Source: Dicyema japonicum (taxonomy: Eukaryota; Animalia; Dicyemida). Taken from it: 64,000 nucleotides of DNA. This document shows, piece by piece, positions 52,400-64,000 of the stretch. Each line of letters opens with the position of its first letter. The stretch's first letter is position 1. Made by a program: the position numbers and the translations under genes. The stretch covers positions 655,542 to 719,541 of the forward strand of contig RDEW01000031.1 of the NCBI GenBank assembly GCA_011109175.1, in the 5' to 3' direction. The notes beneath the pieces were generated by a model. That model was given only the letters and a program-made list of their open reading frames with translations, was not told the DNA's origin and ran no database searches.

Positions 52400-52800
52400 T
52401 GAGGTACATAAGACTGATTGATTAACCCAACTATTTGGGTATCTCTTCATAATGACAGAATATGATCTTTCTATGTTTTTGAATGCGTTTTAATTGTCCA
52501 ATTTGACCAAGGAAATTGTTGTATTCATTAAATAGTGTGACGTTCTTTTGAGAGGACACTATTCCATTTAACTTACTGACCATTTAAATGCTATAAGTTC
52601 TTTTGATCATACTTTAATCTCTCCGGTGTATTTTTGTACCTTCGTGTCTACTGTTGATCCACTCGAATCTCTATAGACTTGTTTGCAACAATAGACTGCA
52701 CTGAGTCTGTTTTTAGTCTTCTTAATTCCATATTGACGACACAAGTGCACATGCATTTAACCACCTCATTATGTCTTCGCAGGTAGGGGATGATGCCTGA
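52400..52800 (-). mobile_element. R4/Dong-like RLE remnant
   Basis: YLRRHNEVVKC..CRQYGIKK..SVQSIVANK..IRVD. Confidence 0.65.
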
Positions 52801-52809
52801 GCAGTAAGA

Positions 52810-53520
52810 CCGTTACAGGACTATCTACGAGGATAAATATGAGAGGCTTCTGAACCAATCAAACCAACACAGACGTCGAGTGGCGCATGGATCAATGCAC
52901 TCCCCGTTGGTAGTGTAGGAACCCACCTTGACGACGATATGTCTGCAGCGGCATCTTCACCAGACTTGGACTGGAGATTTGCCGGACTCACAAATGCCAA
53001 TGTGGCGCCACCGTCTATTGTTATGGACACCATGCCCTCTCTTGTCGAAGAAGTGCAGGACGATTCCCAAAACACAAGGCGATCAACAAAATTGTCAAGC
53101 GAGCCCTGGAGTTTACGGGATACCTAGCCATACTAGAACCTGTTGTCCTGGACAGAGGAGACGGAAAACGTCCCTACGGGATCACAATTTTTCCATTTGA
53201 AGAGGGGAAACCTTTGGTCTGGGACGCTACTTGTGTCGACACTCTTTGCCCGTCCAACATTGTCGGGAACGCGGTAGACACACTGTATGCCGAGGAAAAA
53301 AGAATGAAGAAATACGAAGCGCTACGCGATCGATTGTGGTCGAGACAACTGGAAAAATAAGTGGAAAATAGCTTCGCTACTTAAATAAACTTGGACGCTT
53401 AGCTACACTAAAAAGCCACGACGCACGTGAGACCCGGTGGCTTCTCCAGTTGATCTCTTTTGCAATCGTGAGAGGCAACGCAACGTCGATAATGTCGGCG
53501 TGGTCGACTTTGGATGGATG
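52810..53520 (+). mobile_element. CRE-like 3' fragment
   Basis: SSGAWINALP..GTHLDDD, LEPVVLDRGDGKRPYGITIFPFEEGKPLVWDATC. Confidence 0.85.
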
Positions 53521-53630
53521 ACAGTGTTAAATAATAAAAATAAATTTATGTTGGTTATATAAAGTTTGATTTCCATGATAACCAAATGAATTGAAAACTT
53601 ATCAAAAGCAAAAGTTCAAAAATCTTTTGG

Positions 53631-56600
53631 TTGAAAATGAATTAAACAACATGTTATGAAATAGGTATCTATCAGTCCGCCAGTTGGCCTGGACTGTTTA
53701 TCCGAGTACCTTTTTTTCCTTGCTAACCATTCATTTACTGGTCTAGTAAGTTACACATCCTGATTTGAATATCTTTCCTGACTGGCCTGATATGTCTGTT
53801 CTCTTCCTCAGTCAGGCCTTCGTACAATTTCTTCCTAAGGGATAGTTTGATCGCTGCTCGCCTTGTTTTCTCTAGTCGGGCGAGAATCCTCTCTCGAGGG
53901 GATGTAGAACCATCCCTCGCTTCCGTAAATAAGTCTTGGAAGAATCACATTCCGAAAAACAAAGAGCATAGTATCAACATTTCACTTTAGTCTTCTAGTG
54001 CAGAATAGTCCTTGCACAGCCTTCTTCCTTCGCTCTTCGATGTCCTTCAGGTACGATCCTCTCCCATCTACTGCAATCCCCAGGTGTTTCAGGGATGAAA
54101 CTTTCGGTATGCGAAGAGTGTAGGGCTCTTTCTGATGCCTACCCGGCCTGCTTATTTTCAAGTAACTAGATTTTTCCGTGGAGAGTTTCATGCATCTCCA
54201 ATCGCACAAACCCTAGACCAAGTCAACAAAAGCTCCTAGTCGCCGCTCTGAATGGTATGCCTTCAGAGACGAATCCAGGATTAAGATGTCATCCGCGTAT
54301 ATCATCAGCTTGGTCCTGACGTCCAGTGGCAACAGAAAAACTTCCATAAATATGTTGAATAAAACGGGGCTTAAATTAGATCCCTGCGGCACACCCTTTT
54401 AATCAATGTACCAGCAGAATATATTCCACCGACTACCACATTATATATCCTTCCAGTCAAATAGTCTTTCAACCATAGGAACATTTGTTTAGATATCTTT
54501 GATCGTACAAATTGACAAAATAAGGCTTCGTTGAACGCCTTTGAAATGTCAAGACAAACAAGGCTCAACTGACTTTTCTTCTCGAATGCATTTGTAATTT
54601 CATAATTTATTGAGTGAATACAATTTCTGCAAGGTCTTCCCGGACGAAACCCATTAGTAAGGTCGTAAAAAGTTACTCTCTTCTATATACCGATTCAATC
54701 TTTTGAATACAATCCGTTCCATAATCTTTGATGTAGAACATATAAGGCTTATTGGCCTATAACTATGAGGATCCTTCCGCTTCTATAACGGAGGAACATG
54801 TCTGAGCTTAAAACTCGAGTTATACATTTTTTGTAGAACAAATAGTAGTTCATCGGACCCTTCTTTAAACATAATCATGGGAATGCTATCGAATCCAGGA
54901 GCCTTGTTTTTGCACTCGCGTATAGCAGTTCTGACTTTGCCAGAGTGATTTCCTCTACCAGACTTTCCAGATCGTCCATAAAGTAATCCATAAAATTAGA
55001 TATCTCCTCTGAAAATTTCTCAGGTATAATACTAACAGGGTCAACTCCTTGTATATTTTCCAGTTGTTTTCTGAATACCGAAGGTACTCTTTTCAGGGGA
55101 ATTGCCCTTCCCTCTTGATCGGCCAGCAAAATATTTTTTGCCTTTAAATGTCCATCAGTAAGCCTTTTGTACATTTTCCAGAAACAAGGGTTCTTCCAGT
55201 TAACCTTCGAGGCTGCATTCTTCAATTTATTTTCGGCATTCACTTTCCAAGCCCTTTGAAATATTTTTTTAATCACATCAAATTTACTTTTCAGAGTTGT
55301 CCTGTCCCACAAATCAAAACATCGTCTGTGCTTCGCCTTCAGAGTATTCCTCTCGTGAATAAGATTCCGTATTGAACTGTTTGTTCTTCAGAAAGCTCTT
55401 GGAGTAGACCTTCTTTCCATATAGTCGTAGATGCATTAGCATAGAATTGGGTAGTTCCCAGTTAAAAACGTCCATTAGGTGTAGAAAAGGAATTAGTCTT
55501 CATTAGTAAGGTCTTCGACAAATATTGGCGATAATGTCCCCAGTCTATCGACAAAGTATCAAAGTACAGGAAAATATTTTCAGCAATGTTCGGCTTCAGG
55601 TTGATAGTTACTTCCTGGGGGATATGATCACTCCATATGTCCCGAAGTAATCTTGGTCTGTCTACGTTCCTCAGACGTCAAGACTTCAACTCCAATTTCC
55701 CCAACCATATCTGGTAGGAATCGCCCGTCCCCGTTGTTTTTGCAACATCCGTAGCTCGTATTCGTAGCATTCAGGTCTCCNAATATTGGCGATAATGTCC
55801 CCAGTCTATCGACAAAGTATCAAAGTACAGGAAAATATTTTCAGCAATGTTCGGCTTCAGGTTGATAGTTACTTCCTGGGGGATATGATCACTCCATATG
55901 TTCCGAAGTAATCTTGGTCTGTCTACATAACCCAGGAGTTGTAGAGACACTAGGGTTAATCCCAGCATGTCACCGCCATAGTGTGAAAAATGGTTAGGTT
56001 CCTCAGACGTCAAGACTTCAACTCCAATTTCCCCAACCATATCTGGTAGGAATCGCCCGTCCCCGTTGTTTTTGCAACATCCGTAGCTCGTATTCGTAGC
56101 ATTCAGGTCTCCTACCAAGATCGACATAGGGTTTGTTTCAAAGAATTGAACAATTTTCGCCGCTTCCCGAGATACCGTCTCGGAAACTTCTGACTTGCTC
56201 TGCATAAGTTTCCTTGTAGCGCTCCGCTCCACCGGCCCATCCTGAATATGTGATATATTGGTCCACTTCATCTCTTGTGTTGGCTTGATCGCTTCCTTTC
56301 TAGACTCTGTCTGTATGGGAATCATTTTCTTGGATGCCTCTTTCATAGCAGAACATTCTCTGTAACGGGCATTATGTCCTGGTCCTCCACAATTAATACA
56401 AATTGCCTCCACGTTTAGAGAAAATTCACACACAATAAGGTCGTGTTCCCCTCCACACATGAGGCATCTCTTCTTCTTGCAATATGCGGCGATATGACCA
56501 ATTCGTTCGCAATTGTAGCAGATAGGAGGTGGCCTCTTCATCCACTCACAAAGGATCTTGTTCGCTCCAATGTAGAAGCCACAACGTATCAGTGATGTGG

Positions 56601-57010
56601 CTTCCGAATTACTACTAACCGAGGCCTTCGCCATTGGCATGGGCTGCGATCCTCTTGACATTCGGGTTATTTTCGAGGTTGAGGGAGCCATCTCCTGAAG
56701 GTAATCCAGTCGGAAGGAGCCCGGTTCTCTGTGGCTCATCCTCAAAAATCCGTATTGATCATAGTAATGTAGAATATTCGTAATTTTTATCGGACTCAGT
56801 ACAGTGAACTGTGATCAATAGTGTCTTGTTATCTGTAGGATCTGCTTTCTTCGGTTCGTCCGTAGGTTTGGGTTCTACCGTGGAGTTGTGTGTCGTAGAT
56901 TCGTTCGCACGTTTATAGGGCTCTGCATTATACAGCGGTTTATTATCCAAAGAGAATGATTCAGCTGTAGCACTTCCTGGAGAACTAGAAGAGCTACTGG
57001 CTTTCATCTT
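53631..57010 (-). mobile_element. LINE-B: Jockey/I-like LINE with zinc-knuckle ORF1, degenerate
   Basis: ORF1 with CYNCERIGHIAAYC, CLMCGGEHDLIVC and CINCGGPGHNA knuckles, fused by deletion to the APE C-terminal half (VGDLNATN, SDH). RT motifs (RPISL, CLDISKAF, YADD) are homologous to LINE-A. Confidence 0.9.
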
Positions 57011-58380
57011 TGTGGGATTGGTGAACCAACCGTCAGAAAAAGATGTTCCAATAAAGTTTTTACATTTTCTGCCGTTTTATTAAAAAGCGGAAATGCCCAG
57101 GCATACTTAAGAAACAATTAATCACTGTTAAAATCCATTTGAATTCATTATTGTCCGAAGCATATCTTTTAAGATCGATACAATCAGCCATAAATCGTTC
57201 ATAATTTTTAGAAACAGTGAGCATTTTGATTTCTTCAGATGTTTTTAGAGAATAAAAACTTGTGGAATCGTAATTTGATATAACTCTGCGAATAACATGA
57301 TGTTTTGTTTCAACATATTTATCTTTTTTTTTTTTTTTAAAACAAAAATTTATTAACAATAAAATATTATTTATTAACTATGGGGGAGAGCGGCTGCTGA
57401 CATCACGGAGTAAGCGTTTCCGCGAATAACAGCGATACCAATTCTTTGCCTCAGCCAGACCGCTTCCCGCACGTCTTTCTTGCGGTGGGCCAATTTTCCC
57501 CCGATTTCCTTTAGGAAAGAGGCTGTAATACTTCCAGCCGCACCAGACGTCTCGATTGCTATCGGTACAAAACGGTAGCGGTCTCCAATTTCGCCATATT
57601 TTTTAATCTTGATTTTTTCGGCCATATCGGCTGCCGATCCAGCAGACTGCGCCGAGCTGAGCATCATCGAGTTCGAGAAAGAATCCACAACAGTGCAGTC
57701 CCATACGAGCGATTTTCCCTCAGTGAACGGAAAGACAGTTAACCCATCCGGTCTTTTCCCATCTCCGCGGTCCAATCCCACAGGTTCCAATACTGCCGGG
57801 AAGCCTGCCGCTTCAAGAGCTCGCAAGACAATGTTGTTCATAGCAGCATGGCGGGGTGCTCTGCCCGCACTCCTTTTGCACGAGAGCGGGTGCAGCCCTT
57901 TGGCATCGACGATCCCTCCACAGCGACATTGGTGTTCGACGCAAACATCAGCTCCCAGGCGTTGTGCGATTCCAATCCGAATACAGTCATCGTCCAATAG
58001 GGTCCCCAGGGAGGAAGACGGGAGTGCATCCAGCCACGCTCCGCTCCCATGGTTGGCGGCGGACACGAGGCATGCAAGACGATGCTGGTTGGCCTCAGAT
58101 ATTATCATATTTATCTGATATAAGTTTTGTCAATTTGCTAAAACCAAGATCGCCGCTATTGTGTTCTTGGGATAAAATAATGAATTCTGTCCTTTTGAAA
58201 AGCACAAACGACTGTCCTTAGAGATCCATATTTTTTAATCAAAAATAAGTGATCATTTATCAATAATAGACTTTGACACCATCTTCTAAGTGTTTTTTTT
58301 AGTATGATCAGACATTCCAATAGGATATACTTTCTCTTTCAAATAATAAATAATTATATTCAGTTCTTGTGACAATAATT
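57011..58380 (-). mobile_element. Second Ginger-type integrase (N-terminal half), interrupted by CRE and cut by LINE-B
   Basis: YYLKEKVYPIGMS..TLRRWC, ..ISDKY|CRE|DKYVETK, then ERFMADCIDL..WILTVINCF-SKYAWAFPLFNKTAENV..GSP (one frameshift). Confidence 0.78.
57324..58105 (-). mobile_element. CRE-like 5'-truncated copy with poly(A) tail and 10-bp TSD
   Basis: Intact 244-codon RLE ORF. catatttatc is duplicated at 57314-57323 and 58106-58115. Confidence 0.93.
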
Positions 58381-60454
58381 GTCGTATGTCATAAGAACCC
58401 GGGGCGTTGATACTGTCCGGGTTGAAGAGACAAATTTATCACTTGAAAACATTAACAACCACTAAGTTTTGTCTCAAGAGAAACAAAATAGACAAAAAAC
58501 AAAAAATTTTATTTTGAGTCAATAAAGCGATTAAGCAAAAAAGGGTCGAAAATAGAAGAGGTCGAAGGATCGGTCCGTTGTTCACTCAAAAAACAAAAAA
58601 ATTTATTTTGAGTCAATAAAGCGATTAGCGTGAAAATGGTTATTTGAGTGTTATATAATATTTTTTTAATATTTTTAATTTTTTTTTAAAAATTTAAAAT
58701 TTCACGCATCATTTTAATTTTGTTATGCCTTCTACATTCAGCATTAATACACCTGATGAATTAAAGAAAATTATGAATTATCTCGAATATAAACAGTATC
58801 CTGATGGATTTAATGAAAATCACGCTATCACATACGACAATAATTAATGTGATCAATGATGTTGCAAATAGTTAAACACAAGTTTCTCAATATTTGGGTT
58901 CATGTTTGTGAACCTAATTCGTAGATATCCTCTTTCAACAATGTCCAAGCGGTTTCTCATTTTGGTAATTGATACGATACTGAAGCCTCTCTCGTATTGT
59001 TGCTAAGCGAAATCGACTTAATATTCTGGGAAGTTTGGTGCATTACTGTTTTCAGTACTTCAATAATTAATGATATTATCAGTTCCTCCCCAATTGTGTG
59101 GGGTTTCCCCAACTTGGCGATAAGTAAAACAATAATTAGTGTGTGTTCCAGTTAACAAAAAGGTTAAAAATTTCCGTTATGTAGATAATTGCGTATTTGC
59201 TTAGGTATTTTAGGTGAAATGAAGATACTTTGTCTGGGTCGCAGGCCCGTAAGTTTTTTTAATCCGGCGATAACCTGAGACCTGCTTATCTGAGAATAGT
59301 TCTTGGTAAGGTTCATTTTTCGGTTTTCGGGCACGTACTTTGATATCCAGTTGTTTAGAGAATTTCTTGAAGCTGATCGCAGCGTAATGTTTCATAAGTA
59401 GATTAGGGCGTATATGACAAATATTTTAGGAGAGGAGTTACAGGTTCCATTCGCATCTTCCAACTCTGATTTACTTTGTTTTAATGTTTTCCAAAAATGA
59501 TGAGATGAACTTTACCCGTCAAGGCGATTGATTAGAACAGCATGAGAATCAGCGTCCACGAGAAGCATTCGAATACTTGTACTAATAATTTTTTTCCAAT
59601 TTGTATTAAAAATTGTCCAATTAATAGGGAGAATAGGATTTTTCTTAGAAAATATTTAAAAATGCGCCAATAAGCGAGGATGACTATATAACAAATCCAG
59701 ATGAGTCTGATAGTGATCTTGACCGTTCTTGACACTAAATGGAGTCCAATAATAAAGGTAATAATGGTTGGACCTAAGAAGAGAATATTGAGTTATAAAA
59801 TAATTACTTTTACTTATTTTTTTGATATATAAAATGACTGGTATTAATTAGATATTACTGATAATACAAAAGCTTCTTTAAGATTATCTATTATCCAAAA
59901 GATTTTTGATATCTGTTTTATTATAGGATTTGTAGTATTTAAGTTGAAAATACACAAAACCTATTGACTCATCAAAACATTATTCTTCCCTTACTGGATT
60001 GTGATTAGTTGACTGATTTTTGTCAAAAATTTTGTTTAATTTTTCTGAAGTAGTTTACAAAAACTGTTAATTCCCATTCCACTTTAAAATGGTCATTTTG
60101 CATTTTAGAATATATTAACAATCATTAAAAATTCATTAATAAATATTCATATTACCTTTGTTCAATATTTAGATAAATGTCCTCAATCGAGGAAAAGCTA
60201 TAAGACCTTGGGGTTGTGATAGACTGGAATGTCCATCATCCCTGGGTATTAGCTGATGAACCTATAGTCAATTATTNTATTTAGATAAATGTCTCAATCG
60301 AGGAAAAGCTATAAGACCTTGGGGTTGTGATAGACTGGAATGTCCATCATCCCTGGGTATTAGCTGATGAACCTATAGTCAATTATTGGTGATGTTTAAT
60401 TTACTAGAATTAAATAATAGGAATAATTAATAAATTAGTATAATCCGTAAATCA

Positions 60455-60896
60455 TCAAACTATTTTTCTGTCGCAAAGAACTCTGCAGATGCACCCAACA
60501 CCAGATTTTGACATTATCTAACAAATTACTCACAAATTCAACAGATTCGTGCCACTGCAGTATTTTATTGGCATTTCCTTCATATAGAAATTCCATGGAC
60601 TTGTAAACGTACTTTAGTAGGTTGATAATCTTGTCATCGTCCAGATTGTCCACAAACTGTCCTACATTCCCTCGGTATAGCACAAAACACTTAGAAAGCA
60701 TCGTTGCGATGTTGTTCTAATTAACACACAAGAATACTTTCAAAGAAATATCGGATCCAGTATTTGGTCGAGAAATAGCTTCCTTAATGGCTGATTCGTA
60801 GTCTCCTCTAAAAGTAATCTAAAGAACTAACTTGTCTATTAAAGGCTTTAGTTCCTGTGGAGTTACAAAATTGTTATCTATGGTCGATTTTACCAT
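60455..60896 (-). CDS. ARPC5: Actin-related protein 2/3 complex subunit 5 (p16-Arc)
   Basis: Introns of 24, 21 and 25 nt. Spliced GDYESAIKEAISRP, LDDDKIINLLKYVYK, ILQWHE, GVGCICRVLCDRKIV* match the ARPC5 pattern. Confidence 0.85.
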
Positions 60897-61029
60897 TAAT
60901 AATAATAATTTGAATTAATTTAAAAAAATCAAGGGTGAACACACTAAAAAGGGTAAAAATAATTAAATTAAATTGTTTATTTTATTAATAAAAATTAATC
61001 ATCAAAATGTTAATAGTGATTAATCTAAT

Positions 61030-61495
61030 TATTTATGATCCTAAAACCGACGATTGAGTACGCCTGTGCCTCATGGGCCTATGGAGCTTCGATATCAAAT
61101 TCACTCAAGATCAATACCCTAATTGGAAAACTAGCACGTCAAACAAATCTACCCCCCGATCTTTTCCCTCCAATGCTTGACCACGCCGCAATCAAAAATA
61201 ATGGCTCCGGCTTCATCTGTCTGTGAGGCCAAGAAACAAGTCGTTTCTTCCATTCAAGGCTGAAGGCTTCAAATACACGAAATTTGGGAAAAACCCCACT
61301 CCTCCTCAAACCCTAATGAAAGATGATCGTCGTTTATTCAGGAAAACCGTGGGTACTCTGGAGGAACACAGGAAAAACCTCTCGATCCTGTTGAGGCGTA
61401 CCGGGATCACTTAATTAGTTGGATTACTCCTTCTTTCTTGGTGTTCCCTTTTCGGGTTATTAAATAAATAAAATAAATAAATTAAATAAATAATA
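61030..61495 (+). mobile_element. LINE-C 3' fragment with (aaat)n tail
   Basis: ILKPTIEYACASW ... LLRRTGIT*, followed by an aaataaataaa tail. Confidence 0.7.
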
Positions 61496-61499
61496 ATGA

Positions 61500-63320
61500 T
61501 TAATCGTAGCGTGACGTTATGTGTCCATCAATTCAAAAAATTCAAAAGCATTTGGCAACGCCCAGAGGGCTTCTAATGCACTCCCAAAAAAGACCATTAG
61601 ACCCTTTCCTTTCGGGGTCATTATCGACCCCCGGCGATGTGCTCAAAAAAAGTCTAAACATTCCCGGAGAAAACCCTCAGCCCACTGTGGAGAAAGGAAA
61701 ATTACTGCTCTCGAATTGAACATCAATGGAATTAAAGGCAAGGTCAGGGAACTCCGTTCAATCCTGGCAAATCAGAAGATTGACGTGGCTATGATTCAAG
61801 AAAATAAACTCCGCATGAATGATCCCACTTTTTCATTCCCTGGATACGAGGCTATCAGGATGGACCATAAAAAGAGAAGAGGGGGTGGACTACTTACTCT
61901 ATTCAAAAAGAACCTGAAATGCAGGTACATTACCTCGGAAGTAAAAAACTTGTTGGAAATGACGAGGTTACTGAGTCAATTGGAATTTCGCTTGGGACAA
62001 CGAAAGGAAGTCTGTGCCTCGTGAATATCTACTTACCTCCTCCCGGCTCCTGCCCAAAGGACTATGTTATTCCAAACCTATCAAGATTGGCTATCTACGG
62101 GGAGATCATCATATGTGGAGATTTAAACGCAAAGCACCCCTTATGGTTGTCAACCCAATAGGCCAACACGAGAAGGAAGCTATTGTTGTTGAAAACGGAC
62201 TCCCTAACCATACTGAATGACCCAGCGAAAAATACAAGGACCCCACTCAGAGAGACGGATCAGCCTACCTCTCCCGACGTAACACTCTGCTCCACATCAC
62301 TTTCATCGAAAATTACCTGGTCACTCTTCTTTGAAACAAGAAGCGATCATAACCCGATTGTGATGAAGATCAAGAGAGAAGTCAACATTCCAGTAGTGTT
62401 ATTGAAGAACCTTAAAGATATGGGAGTCAGTTTTCTAACGTCGATTTTCAACTATTCAATTAATTGGAATGTAAAATCGTTATTATGAAAGCAAGCCAAC
62501 ATCCGACCTATACTGAAACCTGGAAAACTTAAGAAAGACCCGGCATCATTTAGACCTGTGTTATTGTTATGTTCCGTATCGAAAATCCTGGAGAGGCTTG
62601 TACTTGGAAGAATCAAGGCTTTTTTATTAGAAAAGGATTTTCAACACGGATACAAGAGCGATTGTTCTACATCAACGTACCTACAGAAATTAACCAACTT
62701 CATTAGAGACGGATTTTCAAACAAACCAAAGCATTTGAAAACAGTCTTATGTTCCATTGATATTAACAAGGCCTTTGATTCTATTTCGAGAAAAATATTA
62801 TCAAAGAAAATTTTCCAGTCGGAGATCCTGGGGAAGCTTAAACTTTAGATAACAAATTTCTAAGTGGACGGAGGGGAAGTGTATGCCTCGGAGGGCTGAA
62901 CTCAGTCTCGCGTCTTCTCCCAAACGGTGTCCCCCAAGGATCTCTTTTATCTCCCCCTTTATTCAATTTATACCTGGCCGACCTCCAGACACTGAAATCC
63001 AATAACGATGTTCTACTCTCATATGCGGACGAAATTGTTTTGGCATCGCGCGATCGAAATATCCAAAATGCTACAGAAAGATTACAAATTAACTTGGACC
63101 GACTCAACGCCTGGGTTATTAATAACCAACTCACGGTAAATTCCAGAAAGTCAGTCTATGTTTACTTCGGACGAAAGGTTGGAGAAGAAGACTGTCACCT
63201 TAAAATTGGAAAACGTTAAAATTCCTTTCAGCAAATGTCAGAAGATCCTGGTCGTGACACTGGATACGCACTTATGTTTGTCACCACACGTGGCAAACAT
63301 TGTTCTTAAGTGCGAGAAGA
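61500..63320 (+). mobile_element. LINE-C: APE-RT LINE, internally deleted and 3'-truncated
   Basis: LNINGIKGK, MIQENKL, GGGLL, CGDLNAKH, SDHNPI, FRPVLLL, DINKAFD, PQGSLLSP, YADE. Confidence 0.85.
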
Positions 63321-63799
63321 AATCAATGTATTGAATCTATTTTCTTAATAATATCTCCATCTTGCATTCAAATATTATCATCCCAGTGGGATCATGTTCA
63401 CGATAATCCAGAAAGTTTTAATATAGAAGAATTGCAAGTTGTAGAAAATATAGACACTTATACAAAAGGTTTTTTATTGTTATTTATTAGTAAGGATTAT
63501 GAGTTCCAGTTTAAATTTGAGAGGGTAAATTTACAGTCTTCGTATATAAAAGAATGAATAGGAAGATGGGAGTGGTTTATTCATAACGACAAAAAAATCA
63601 AAACTACTAAAAATAATAGTTAATTAACACTTTTGTAAAATTGTTAATTTTGATATAATAGATTATTTTTATTTTTGACATTGATGGATCACTCTCAGCG
63701 CTCACGACATAATAATTTTTTTATTAAAAAAATTACGCCAATTTTAGTCTGCATAACCTATTTATTGAATATAAAATAATAATCCACGGTATAAAAATT

Positions 63800-64000
63800 T
63801 TCCAAGTTTACCTAATGGCCCATAGCAGGATTTTTATCAAAGATAATGCGATTTTCCACTTTTCATTTAGTTGTCTCGACCACAATCGGATAAAACGCGA
63901 ATCGGCCGGGTAGCGCTTCGTATTTCTTCTCATTTGCCCTCATCCTTTTTTCCGCGGCATACAGTGTGTCTACCGCTTGCTCCCGACAATGTTGGACGGG
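63800..64000 (-). mobile_element. CRE-like fragment (runs off the window)
   Basis: Reverse complement matches 53250-53400 (KKYEAL..FYPIVVET). Confidence 0.75.

Noticed and set aside
55530-56110. Rearranged duplicate in LINE-B
   Set aside because: An n at 55781 marks the junction; cannot be separated from assembly error.
57060-57359. 99-aa ORF as a host gene
   Set aside because: It is the CRE poly(A) tail read into a frameshifted Ginger-type integrase.
58495-58628. Direct repeat of about 40 bp (aaaaaatttattttgagtcaataaagcgatta)
   Set aside because: Only two AT-rich copies; probably transposon subterminal sequence.
60170-60390. 110-bp tandem repeat
   Set aside because: n-joined duplicate.
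1-64000. Alternative genetic code or stop read-through to explain broken ORFs
   Set aside because: In host genes, in-frame stops fall inside GT-AG micro-introns, and genes end in TAA, TAG and TGA. Remaining stops are in decayed transposons.

Overview
AT-rich eukaryotic (animal) scaffold window with gaps. About ten compact host genes are embedded in a dense mass of mostly decayed transposons. Host genes I could assemble by hand: an ER/secreted EF-hand protein, CCDC22, an XRRA1-like LRR protein, PRC1/MAP65, a class A GPCR, an orphan coiled-coil protein, TSC22D/bunched, TYW3, an RdgB-alpha-type PITP domain and ARPC5. Almost all are split by GT-AG micro-introns of 20-29 nt, which suggests a dicyemid-like miniaturised metazoan genome (inference; the organism was not identified). 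Mobile DNA includes APE-type LINEs (Jockey/I-like and RTE), RLE-type LINEs (CRE-like, R4/Dong-like), hAT remnants and Ginger-type integrase DNA transposons. The two strongest leads are: (1) a Ginger2/Tdd-like element at 41988-45889 with TGT termini, 56-bp TIRs, a 5-bp TSD and a retroviral-type integrase split by 4-5 host-sized micro-introns, lying in a multi-level nest; (2) a two-copy element with no RT or endonuclease that carries the 3' tail of a resident LINE, a candidate LINE-dependent parasite. No rRNA, tRNA or CRISPR features were found. All exon models and family names come from manual translation and motif recall, not database searches.
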